A stretch of 42,091 nt of DNA from Candidatus Gastranaerophilales bacterium (lineage in GTDB: Bacteria; Cyanobacteriota; Vampirovibrionia; Gastranaerophilales; Gastranaerophilaceae). The stretch covers positions 1 to 42,091 of the forward strand of contig CALUYR010000309.1 of assembly GCA_944325045.1 (NCBI GenBank), in the 5' to 3' direction. Under the pieces are notes generated by a model, which worked only from the letters and a program-made list of their open reading frames with translations, ran no database searches and had not been told where the DNA came from. How positions within the stretch are numbered: the stretch's first letter is position 1; the number at the start of each line of letters is the position of its first letter. This document shows, piece after piece, positions 21,801 to 30,227 of the stretch. The translations under genes were made by a program, and so were the position numbers.

Positions 21801-21817
21801 ATTGTCGAATGCAAAAA
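21801..21817 (+). promoter_or_regulatory. Conserved leader motif copy 11 (ATTGTCGAATGCAAAAA)
   Basis: Lies 12 nt downstream of the tataat and 83 nt upstream of ATG 21900. Confidence 0.5.
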
Positions 21818-21899
21818 TGTAAAAATGTTAAAAGGGAATTTAGGGAGCAAGCCTCTTAATAATGCTCAAATCGCTCTCTTTTTTTAAAAGGAGATCTCT

Positions 21900-22538
21900 A
21901 TGGCAAACAAAGCTAAAAACAAAACACAGGCCGCAAAAACTGAAACAACTTCAAAAGGTGTAAAGTTTTCTTTTGCAGGCGAGTATTACACAGGTTCAAA
22001 AACGGAAGGTGCACAAATAAAGCAATATGCTATTGATATTGTATTCCCGGAATACACGCCTAAAGCTTTATCTTTATTTAAAACCGGATTGAAAATCCCT
22101 AATAGTGCCATACGCAAATTAATGATTGCTAAATATCCGGATTTCAGAACTGTTAGGACGCATACTATAACTGGCGTAACGGATTTATCCGGTAAGACAA
22201 GAAACACTAACAATGTGTCTGTTATGTCTATGGAACAACTTGAAAGTTATATCGAGGATAATGATTTAGGTATTGATCCTAATATCTATGAAGGGGATAT
22301 AACTCGTTTACGTGAAGCGATTATCCTAGCTGAAAAAGATCCGGAAGCCTTTGAAGAAGCTTACAAGGCAGATGTTGAAACGTATAATTTCAATAAGCAG
22401 TTATCTGACTTAAACGAAACCGAAACAGAGAACACCGAAAAGGCAGAAGAAACCGAAGCTGATAATAGCAAAAAAGATCCTGACATTGATGACCTTTTAG
22501 GCGATATGGGAGAAGAAACCGAAACAGATGAGGGATAG
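21900..22538 (+). CDS. Hypothetical protein (basic N-terminus, very acidic C-terminus), first late gene
   Basis: RBS aaaaggaga is present. 212-aa ORF. Confidence 0.65.
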   Translation: MANKAKNKTQAAKTETTSKGVKFSFAGEYYTGSKTEGAQIKQYAIDIVFPEYTPKALSLFKTGLKIPNSAIRKLMIAKYPDFRTVRTHTITGVTDLSGKTRNTNNVSVMSMEQLESYIEDNDLGIDPNIYEGDITRLREAIILAEKDPEAFEEAYKADVETYNFNKQLSDLNETETENTEKAEETEADNSKKDPDIDDLLGDMGEETETDEG

Positions 22539-22917
22539 TTTTCCGATAGCTAAAAAAACTATGATCCAATGGGTTAATGGTGTTCCGGAACCGACTTACG
22601 GAAACATTAACCCTTCATCTATAAAACAACTTGCTACTACTGCGTTATCGCTACCTTATGAGGGGGATTATAACGAAGAGTTAGGGATAAATGTGATAGA
22701 TCCGCGATTTGAGGGAATGTCTAACGCAGAAGTAATGTGGGTAAGAATGGCGGAAAAGGCAGCCGCAGGAGATATAGACGCAGCGAAAACAATTCTTGAT
22801 AGAGTTTTAGGAAAACCGAAACAAAGTGTTGAGACAACTACAATGACGCTGACTTATCCGGAATTTTTAGAACACCTTGCAAGACAAGAGGAAAAAGCAA
22901 AAAATGGAAACGCTTAG
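22528..22917 (+). CDS. Putative terminase small subunit
   Basis: It lies directly upstream of, and overlaps, TerL. The AAKTILDRVLGKPKQSVE-type helix is common in small terminases (from memory). Confidence 0.5.
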   Translation: MRDSFPIAKKTMIQWVNGVPEPTYGNINPSSIKQLATTALSLPYEGDYNEELGINVIDPRFEGMSNAEVMWVRMAEKAAAGDIDAAKTILDRVLGKPKQSVETTTMTLTYPEFLEHLARQEEKAKNGNA

Positions 22918-24502
22918 TAATGCAGCCTTACAAGTTCATAAACGATTAACGGAAGATTTTCCGTATTTTGCTAAACACTGTTTACGTATTCTTGACAAGG
23001 CGGGTAATCTGGTTCCATTTGAGTTAAATAGGGCGCAAAGGTATATTAATGAAAGAGCAGAAGATCAATTAAGACGGACCGGACGTGTAAGGCTTATTAT
23101 CCCGAAAGCTAGACAAGGCGGAGTTAGTACGTATGTTGCCGGCAGGTTTTATCATAAAAACAACAGGCTAAATAACCGCTTGACATTTATCCTGTCGCAC
23201 CAAGCAAAAACTACGGATAAGCTCTTTGATATGGCTGAACGGTATCATTTTAACTGTCCGGACACGTTGAAGCCGAAGGCGATTGTAGATAATTCCAGAC
23301 AGTTAGTTCTGGAGAATGGCAGTGAGTATGCTGTAGGAACGGCAGGCAGCGGTGATGTAGGGCGAGGCTTTACCGCTCATCAATTGCATTTATCAGAAGC
23401 CGCATTTTATGAAAAAACGGACGAAATTGATACAGGGTTATTACAGGCGGTTTCAGATGAGCCGGGAACGGAGGTATTTGTTGAATCTACCGGAAACGGT
23501 GTTGGTAATTGGTTCTATCGTACATGTATGGACGCGCTTAAAGGAATTGGGGATTTTGAATGTGTATTTATTCCGTGGTTCTGGATGGAAGAATACAGAC
23601 GCCCTGTTCCGGAAGATTTCGTTATTACACCGGAAGAGCAGGAATATAAAGAACTTTACGACCTTGATAATGAGCAGATATATTGGCGCCGAAAAAAGAT
23701 TGAAAACCTAAAAAGTGAATGGAAGTTTAAACAAGAGTATCCGGCTAACATAGATGAATGCTTCCAAACTTCCGGCGATCCGCTTATTAATGCTGAAAAG
23801 CTCATGCAAGCTAGGCATAATAAGATTCCAAGTAATCCGGATAGTCCGCTTATTATGGGTGTTGATCCCAAAGGTTCTGGTAAAGATGACGCCGGTATTG
23901 TTTTCCGTAAAGGTGATGTTATACCCGGTTACAAGTTATATAAAGGCGAAATGGATCCTATGCGTTTTGCGGGAATTTGTATGCACCTCATAGATACCAT
24001 GGGTGTTGATATGATGTTTATAGATAACGGTTACGGCTATCAGATTGCAAGCCGCATGTGGGAAATGGGGTATAAAGACAAGGTTAGAACCGTTGACTTT
24101 TCTGAATCACCGATTGAAGATGATAAGTATTTAAACAAACGTGCCGAAATGGGCATGAACTATAAGTATTGGGTAGAGGAGGGCAATAAGTCTGTTCCCG
24201 ATACTGATGAATTTTACACAGATACAATGTGCATTCCTAGAGAATTGGAAACCTCTAATAATAAGTTTAAGCTCGAATCCAAGGAAAAAATTAAGGAGGT
24301 TTACGGGCGTTCTCCAACACTCTTTGACGCTGCAATATTAACGTTTGCTTATCCGGTTAGAAAACAGAACGGAGATAGTAGAATACGTTTTAAAAAGGTA
24401 GATGAGGCACATAAGGCAAAAGGTCCTTTGAAAACGTTAAATAGGACAAGATATAAAAATCAAGATAAAGGTAAAAAGGAGGTATCAGTATGGGGATATT
24501 AG
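22904..24502 (+). CDS. Terminase large subunit
   Basis: ATPase-like LIIPKARQGGVSTYVA is seen. Size and position upstream of the portal fit. RBS gagga precedes ATG 22904 (the ORF track opens at a TTG at 22877). Confidence 0.85.
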   Translation: METLSNAALQVHKRLTEDFPYFAKHCLRILDKAGNLVPFELNRAQRYINERAEDQLRRTGRVRLIIPKARQGGVSTYVAGRFYHKNNRLNNRLTFILSHQAKTTDKLFDMAERYHFNCPDTLKPKAIVDNSRQLVLENGSEYAVGTAGSGDVGRGFTAHQLHLSEAAFYEKTDEIDTGLLQAVSDEPGTEVFVESTGNGVGNWFYRTCMDALKGIGDFECVFIPWFWMEEYRRPVPEDFVITPEEQEYKELYDLDNEQIYWRRKKIENLKSEWKFKQEYPANIDECFQTSGDPLINAEKLMQARHNKIPSNPDSPLIMGVDPKGSGKDDAGIVFRKGDVIPGYKLYKGEMDPMRFAGICMHLIDTMGVDMMFIDNGYGYQIASRMWEMGYKDKVRTVDFSESPIEDDKYLNKRAEMGMNYKYWVEEGNKSVPDTDEFYTDTMCIPRELETSNNKFKLESKEKIKEVYGRSPTLFDAAILTFAYPVRKQNGDSRIRFKKVDEAHKAKGPLKTLNRTRYKNQDKGKKEVSVWGY

Positions 24503-24849
24503 CTGCTATAGGTGGGGTTGTTGCCGGTGCTTTAGGTATTGGCGGTGCGGCCGGTGTTGGCACTGCTGCGGCTACCGCTATAGGTGCTGCAACAGTTGGG
24601 GTAGCCGGTGCAGCGGTAGGTGCCGGGGCTTATGCAATTGGTAATAGTTCTGGGCAATCAAAAGGGGCGCAAAAGGCGGCAAGTGCTTTAAGCTCTTCCA
24701 GCGGTAGTGCAAATAGCGTATCCGCAACGTCTGACGCAGCAGGTGAGACAGGAACTAATAAATCCAGATCTCTAGCTATGTATAACACAGGTGCAAGTGG
24801 TGTTCTAGGTAATGCTACAGTAGGGCGCAGGGCTTTATTAGCTAGTTAA
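24490..24849 (+). CDS. Gly/Ala-rich hydrophobic protein (glycine-zipper-like N-terminus, Ser-rich C-terminus)
   Basis: The sequence GILAAIGGVVAGALGIGGAAGVGTAAATAIGAATVGVAGAAVGAGAYAIG is seen. RBS aaaaggaggt is present. Confidence 0.55.
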   Translation: MGILAAIGGVVAGALGIGGAAGVGTAAATAIGAATVGVAGAAVGAGAYAIGNSSGQSKGAQKAASALSSSSGSANSVSATSDAAGETGTNKSRSLAMYNTGASGVLGNATVGRRALLAS

Positions 24850-24867
24850 TAATTAGGGGGTGATGTC

Positions 24868-26586
24868 GTGGCAAGTTCAAGAATTGACGCTATTTTACAT
24901 AGATTTAAAACTTTAAAATCACGTAAACAGACACTTATACCGTTATATGAACTTATAAGTGAATATGTCTATAATCGTAAGTATGACGGCTACGGCATAC
25001 CTAATGCGGGGATTTTTGCAGATGAAGACATTTATGACAATACTGCACAACGTGCGAATGGCATTATGGCTAACGTTATGGTTAATAACATTTGGCCTAA
25101 CGGTCCTAGGACTTTTTCTGTCGGGCGTACTTGGGATACACCGGACACAGAAGAAATAAAAAAGTATTTTGAATTTGTAAATCAGCAGATGTATTCTGTA
25201 ATGGATAACACCCGCGCAGGGCTTCAAACCGCATTTGATGAATATATGCTTGATCAAGGGGCTTATGGTATTAGTGGTGTTTATGTCGAAGAGAAAGAAA
25301 CGGATCCGGTTGTACCTATTAGATATAAGTCTTGGGGGATTAAGGATATGCTTGTTGATGAAGGCCCGGACGGGTTAATCGATACTATTTTTTCTGAAAA
25401 AGAGATGTCTATTAGAAACGCAGTCCGTGTATACGGTTTAGAAAAATTGCCTTCGTTTGCAAGAGAACTCTATAAAAATGGGGAAGTTGAAAAGCCTTTA
25501 AAAATTCTTCATGTTATTGAACCGCGTTTAGAAAGAGATCCGAAGAAAAAAGGTGCTAAGGATATGCCTATAGCTTCTATCCATATAGAACTAAGTACAC
25601 GTAAAATATTGAAAGAAAGCGGTTTAGAAGAAATGCCGGTGTTTGTCGGCAGATTTTCAAAAGTTCCCGGAGAGATTTACGGTCGTTCCCCTGCCATGGT
25701 TGCTATGGCGGATATTCTGGAAATTAATGCAGTAAGGGAAGCTATATCTATTGCGACTGAAAAACAATTAGATCCTCCATTAGCTGTGTATGATGACGGT
25801 GCATTAGGGGGCGGAGATATTGACACTTCTGCCGGCGGTGTAACTGTTTTCTCTGTAACTGGTCGATTGAATACCGGAAAGCCAATTGAGCCTATATATA
25901 CAGTGGGTGAGCTGCAAAGTTCATACACTCATATTGATACGTTGAAGGAAACTATTAATAATCATTTTTATCTTGATAGGCTACTTGACTTCAATAATGA
26001 AACACGTATGACACTTGGCGAAGCACAGCTAAGAAATGCCCTCCGCGGTCAATCGCTCGGAGCTTTTTATGCAAGACAAGAGAATGAAGTTGTTACGCCG
26101 GTTATTGAAAGAACGTTTAATATTCTATTGAAACGTGGCAGATTAGGCGTTGTATCGGGATCAGAAGAAGAAATCGAGTTAATATCAAGGGGTATTCAGC
26201 CGGTATACATTCCGGACGTTCTTGTACAAAAAATGTTAAACGGTGACGATATTTATGAGATTACGTATTTGTCACCTGCAAAACGTACAATGCAATCAGA
26301 AGAGTTACGCGGCATTATTGAAACTGCTAATTTTGCAGTTGGTGTGGCACCAGCTAATGCAGAAATACTCGATAATATTGATTTTGATAAATTGATAAGC
26401 AGAGTAGCTAAATTAAGCGGTGCGCCAATGGAATTGATAAAAGACAGCGTAACTGTTAAGGGTATTAGAGACGCAAGAGCACAACAGCAACAGCAATTAA
26501 TGCAATTAGAACAGGCAAGGCAACAGAGTGAAATAGGGCGTAATGTGGCCCAGATGAATGCTATGCAAGGTAAGGAGGCCGCTTAA
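24868..26586 (+). CDS. Portal (head-to-tail connector) protein
   Basis: 572 aa, lying between TerL and the scaffold/capsid genes. GTG start after RBS taggggg. Confidence 0.8.
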   Translation: MASSRIDAILHRFKTLKSRKQTLIPLYELISEYVYNRKYDGYGIPNAGIFADEDIYDNTAQRANGIMANVMVNNIWPNGPRTFSVGRTWDTPDTEEIKKYFEFVNQQMYSVMDNTRAGLQTAFDEYMLDQGAYGISGVYVEEKETDPVVPIRYKSWGIKDMLVDEGPDGLIDTIFSEKEMSIRNAVRVYGLEKLPSFARELYKNGEVEKPLKILHVIEPRLERDPKKKGAKDMPIASIHIELSTRKILKESGLEEMPVFVGRFSKVPGEIYGRSPAMVAMADILEINAVREAISIATEKQLDPPLAVYDDGALGGGDIDTSAGGVTVFSVTGRLNTGKPIEPIYTVGELQSSYTHIDTLKETINNHFYLDRLLDFNNETRMTLGEAQLRNALRGQSLGAFYARQENEVVTPVIERTFNILLKRGRLGVVSGSEEEIELISRGIQPVYIPDVLVQKMLNGDDIYEITYLSPAKRTMQSEELRGIIETANFAVGVAPANAEILDNIDFDKLISRVAKLSGAPMELIKDSVTVKGIRDARAQQQQQLMQLEQARQQSEIGRNVAQMNAMQGKEAA

Positions 26587-26888
26587 TGGCAAAAGAAAAA
26601 ACGCAAGAGACTACGAAAGAAAACCAGTATAAAAAAGAATTACAGAAACTGCGAAATGCTTTTAACAATGTTGCTAAAACAAGTTCCGGAAAAGTGGTAT
26701 TCAGATACTTAATGAAGGAATGCGGATTTAACGAGCCCGCTGTAGTTGCGAGTTGTGCAACAGGGGAGATAAACCCTTTAGGCTCAATTTATAACGAAGC
26801 ACGTAGAGACGTATACATGAGGATACGAAAATTTTTAAGTAAAGAGAATATTATATCAATTGAATTTAAGGAGGACGAAGATGAGTAA
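26586..26888 (+). CDS. Small head-morphogenesis-associated protein (Bbp19-like, from memory)
   Basis: 100-aa ORF coupled to the portal stop (taatg). It sits in the conserved position after the portal in podovirus modules. Confidence 0.5.
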   Translation: MAKEKTQETTKENQYKKELQKLRNAFNNVAKTSSGKVVFRYLMKECGFNEPAVVASCATGEINPLGSIYNEARRDVYMRIRKFLSKENIISIEFKEDEDE

Positions 26889-27819
26889 AAAAAGATTATT
26901 TGGACCTTGTTATTTTGCGGAAGGCGCAGAAGGGGGAAGCGCTGAAGGTATTACCGCTATGGCTACCGGAAATGGTATAGGTACAGGGGGCGGCGCAGGC
27001 GGTGCCGAAGGTTCTAACAATGATAACAGCTTTAATTTTGATGATTTTAAAGCTACTTACGGTAAGGACTATGCTGATAAAGGCTTTATGCAAGAATTAG
27101 TATCTCCGGAAAAAATGTTTGAAAAGATAGATAACTTAGAAACTTTAGTCGGAAAAAAAGCTTTTATTCCGGGCGATAATGCTTCTAAAGAGGATTGGGA
27201 CGAATACCGAAATAGGATAGGGTTAAAAGATTCCAGTATTTATGAATTTGATAGTTCTAAGTTACCGGATAATCTTAAAAACGTTCACCCGGAAGGATTT
27301 GAGAATAAAATACGTGAAATCTTTTACGAAGCAGGTTTATCTAAAGAACAGGCTAAAATTATCAGCAGTAAATATGATGATTTAATGTTAGAAGCTAATA
27401 AATCAGCGTTAGAACAAATTGCGGCTAAACAAAAGGAATTACAGATAAGTGATGAAGAGTTTGAAGCATTAGCAACAGAAACGTGGGGCAAAGATCGTGA
27501 AGCTGTTCAAAATGTAGCAAAGGCACTTATCAGTAAATATACGCCTGAAAATTTAAAGTCTCATGTAAATAACATGCCTAATAAGGATTTAATTATTATG
27601 GCTTCTGTGTTAAAAGGTGTTTCAGATGAGTATATTTCACAAGATGATTTGGAAGTTTTGCGTAAAGGATATTCTAACTCTGGAGACGGTTCTACAATAA
27701 GGGAACAAGCACAACAGGAATTGGCTAAATTAGCTAGCATGAGTCCGTTTGATCCGCAATATAAGATACAACAGGAAAAGGTGCAATCTTTGTACGGACA
27801 ATTAAATCATGTAAAATAA
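26881..27819 (+). CDS. Putative scaffolding protein
   Basis: Helical, charged protein between portal and capsid genes. RBS aaggagga precedes ATG 26881 (the ORF track opens at 26860). Confidence 0.6.
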   Translation: MSKKRLFGPCYFAEGAEGGSAEGITAMATGNGIGTGGGAGGAEGSNNDNSFNFDDFKATYGKDYADKGFMQELVSPEKMFEKIDNLETLVGKKAFIPGDNASKEDWDEYRNRIGLKDSSIYEFDSSKLPDNLKNVHPEGFENKIREIFYEAGLSKEQAKIISSKYDDLMLEANKSALEQIAAKQKELQISDEEFEALATETWGKDREAVQNVAKALISKYTPENLKSHVNNMPNKDLIIMASVLKGVSDEYISQDDLEVLRKGYSNSGDGSTIREQAQQELAKLASMSPFDPQYKIQQEKVQSLYGQLNHVK

Positions 27820-27874
27820 CTGTATTGCTTGTATTAATGCAGATTTACGGAACTTTTTAAAATTTTACAAACAG

Positions 27875-27903
27875 TTGAATTTTTTTAAAAAAAATTAAAT
27901 AAT
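27875..27903 (+). promoter_or_regulatory. Possible promoter ahead of the capsid gene
   Basis: ttgaat, 17-nt spacer, aataat. The context is very AT-rich, so specificity is low. Confidence 0.35.
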
Positions 27904-28005
27904 TATAGTAGCGGGTAGCCTTTTGGTCCGTTTGATGATAGTAATCTATCCGGTGCGTTTACGATAAAACGTAGGTTGCGTCCGTTGTACGGGTAGCGTT
28001 TACCG

Positions 28006-28022
28006 AATGTCGAACACAAAAA
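28006..28022 (+). promoter_or_regulatory. Conserved leader motif copy 12 (AATGTCGAACACAAAAA)
   Basis: Lies 25 nt upstream of the capsid ATG at 28047, before RBS gagagg. Confidence 0.6.
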
Positions 28023-28046
28023 GTAAAAAACGAGAGGTAATCAGAA

Positions 28047-28943
28047 ATGACAAATACTATTGATAATGCTATGATTACGCAGTTTATGGATACCGTACAC
28101 ATTCAAGCGCAACAGTGTAAGGCACGTTTAAGACCTTATGTATCTGTAATTCCGCTTAAAGGTGATAATGCGGCTTATGACGGCGTAGGGACTGTAGAAG
28201 CTAGAGAAGTAAGCGGAAGAGTTCAGCCTGTTCAATTTACGAATATTGAACATTTGAGAAGAAAAATCGCACGTAGAAGATTTGAAGTCACTATCCCTGT
28301 TGATGAAGCAGATGTTAGAGGCATGATTCAAGATCCTCATAACGTATATGCGCGAGCAATTGTTATGGGTATTGAACGTAGATTCGATCGTTTATGTGTT
28401 GAGGCTATGTTCTCTAATGTAAAAACTGGGCGCGATTTTGAGACCGAAATAACTGCAGCCCAAGACGGCGTTATTGAAGTTGATGCAACTTCCGGCTTAA
28501 CTTATGAAAAGTTATTGGAAGTTAAACAGAACTTTATTGACGCTGATGTAGGTAATGATATGCCGGAAAAATTCTTTATGGGTATTTCCGGAGATGAGCA
28601 TACTGACTTAATGAACGAAACTAAGTTAACTTCTGGAGATTACTCGCGTCAATACGTAATTGATAAAGGCGAGATCCAGAATGCTTTAGGTTTTGATCTT
28701 GTTAAATACGCCGGTAAAACTAAAAAGCCTATGTTAGCAGTAGATAGCTCTAACATTCGTTCTTGTTTCGCGGCTTCAACAAGAGGTATCGTAGTAGGTA
28801 TCAGCTTGACACCTAAACTTAGTATTGATAAGAGAAATGACTATATTGAAACTAATCAGGTTCAAATGGTTGTTGAAATGGGTGCCGTTCGTACCGAAGG
28901 GTGCTTAATCCAGAAAATTAAGACCACAGCAACAGCCGCTTAA
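28047..28943 (+). CDS. Major capsid protein
   Basis: The position after the scaffold, its own leader, a downstream terminator and the size (298 aa) all fit. The N-terminal pattern ...FMDTVHIQAQQ..ARLRPYV...GDNAAYDGVG resembles capsid families (from memory). Confidence 0.75.
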   Translation: MTNTIDNAMITQFMDTVHIQAQQCKARLRPYVSVIPLKGDNAAYDGVGTVEAREVSGRVQPVQFTNIEHLRRKIARRRFEVTIPVDEADVRGMIQDPHNVYARAIVMGIERRFDRLCVEAMFSNVKTGRDFETEITAAQDGVIEVDATSGLTYEKLLEVKQNFIDADVGNDMPEKFFMGISGDEHTDLMNETKLTSGDYSRQYVIDKGEIQNALGFDLVKYAGKTKKPMLAVDSSNIRSCFAASTRGIVVGISLTPKLSIDKRNDYIETNQVQMVVEMGAVRTEGCLIQKIKTTATAA

Positions 28944-28994
28944 TAGCGGTTGTTGTCTGCGTTTGGAGAAAGTTCAAATATAGGAGACCTAAAA

Positions 28995-29492
28995 ATGGCA
29001 GTAGATAAATATGCAAATGAAGATATACAAAACGGAAAAATAGCGGATTCCGTTAATGTTACCGGAAATAAAGTTGTTACTATGATACAAAAAGTATCTA
29101 TTGCAGCTGATGACGGTGCTAACTCTGTTTACAGACTTTTTCAAGTAGCTTCTAATATGATCCCGGTAAAAGTCGATATTGTTCATGAAGCTTTGGCAGC
29201 GTCTTCCTCTGCGTCCTCTTCATATAACTTAGGTATATATGAACAAGGCGGCGAGGCTCTTGACGCTGACGCATTAGCTGCGGCTTTAGACTTTAAAACC
29301 GCTGCGACAATCGCAGCGCCTAAAAATGGGCTTGGCGCCTTAACTGTCGACACTATCGGTAAGAAGATCTATGAGTTAGCAGGGCATGATGTAGGTAATA
29401 AAGATACCGGTTACGATATTGCTCTTACCGCTGTTACACCTAGTGCCGCAGCGGGAGATCTGGTAGTTATTGCTACTTTTGTTCAAGGTTAA
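28995..29492 (+). CDS. Putative head decoration/cement protein
   Basis: It lies immediately after the capsid gene and before a strong terminator. RBS taggaga precedes ATG 28995. Confidence 0.45.
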   Translation: MAVDKYANEDIQNGKIADSVNVTGNKVVTMIQKVSIAADDGANSVYRLFQVASNMIPVKVDIVHEALAASSSASSSYNLGIYEQGGEALDADALAAALDFKTAATIAAPKNGLGALTVDTIGKKIYELAGHDVGNKDTGYDIALTAVTPSAAAGDLVVIATFVQG

Positions 29493-29516
29493 TTGCGCAC
29501 ATATATAAATAAAATG

Positions 29517-29546
29517 AATAAGCGCACAGTGGTGCGCTTATTTTTT
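29517..29546 (+). terminator. Intrinsic terminator after the capsid/decoration genes
   Basis: aataagcgcac-agtg-gtgcgcttatt followed by tttt. Confidence 0.8.
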
Positions 29547-29558
29547 AAAGAGGATAAT

Positions 29559-30227
29559 ATGGCAAGTTCACAAAACGATATTTGTAATAAGGCTCTGGAT
29601 TTATTAGGACAGAGGGCTGATATAGGGAATATAGATACGCCTACAACTGAAAATGAGCGTATATGCGCACGTTGGTATAATGACACTTTGGATTTTCTTT
29701 TAAGGCGATACGTTTGGAATTTTGCTGTAACAAGGAAAGTCGTTCCGAGAGATTTAAGAGGGACCCCAGAATTTGAGTATGAATCAGCATATAAATTGCC
29801 TGATGATTTTGTTAGGTTGTTAGAAATAAACGGCAGATCTATTACCAATGATAAATGCGTAGATCTTGCCGGGGGTTATATCCTTATGAACGGTACAGCT
29901 TCAAGCATAGAACTTAAATACATAAGAAGAGAGACAGATGTAAGGAAATATGATAGCGGATTTAAGCAGCTATTCTCGTTATATCTCGCTGTTAATATGG
30001 CGTATCGTTTCACTAATAAACAGACTGTTTTAGACAGGTTGCAAAAGTGGATAGAACTTGAAGAAGCTAAAGTTATTTCTATTGACGGACAGGAGAGACC
30101 GCCAGTAAGAATACAACGCTCACGTTATCGCAGGGCAAGACGTGGTTTTGGGGATTATTCGTACGCATATAGAACACGCCCAGCGGAATGGGCTAAAGAC
30201 GAGGAGGATAATAATGCCTCTGGTTAA
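29559..30227 (+). CDS. Putative head-tail adaptor / tubular tail protein A-like
   Basis: RBS agagga precedes ATG 29559. It lies between the capsid and the large tubular/nozzle protein. Confidence 0.45.
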   Translation: MASSQNDICNKALDLLGQRADIGNIDTPTTENERICARWYNDTLDFLLRRYVWNFAVTRKVVPRDLRGTPEFEYESAYKLPDDFVRLLEINGRSITNDKCVDLAGGYILMNGTASSIELKYIRRETDVRKYDSGFKQLFSLYLAVNMAYRFTNKQTVLDRLQKWIELEEAKVISIDGQERPPVRIQRSRYRRARRGFGDYSYAYRTRPAEWAKDEEDNNASG

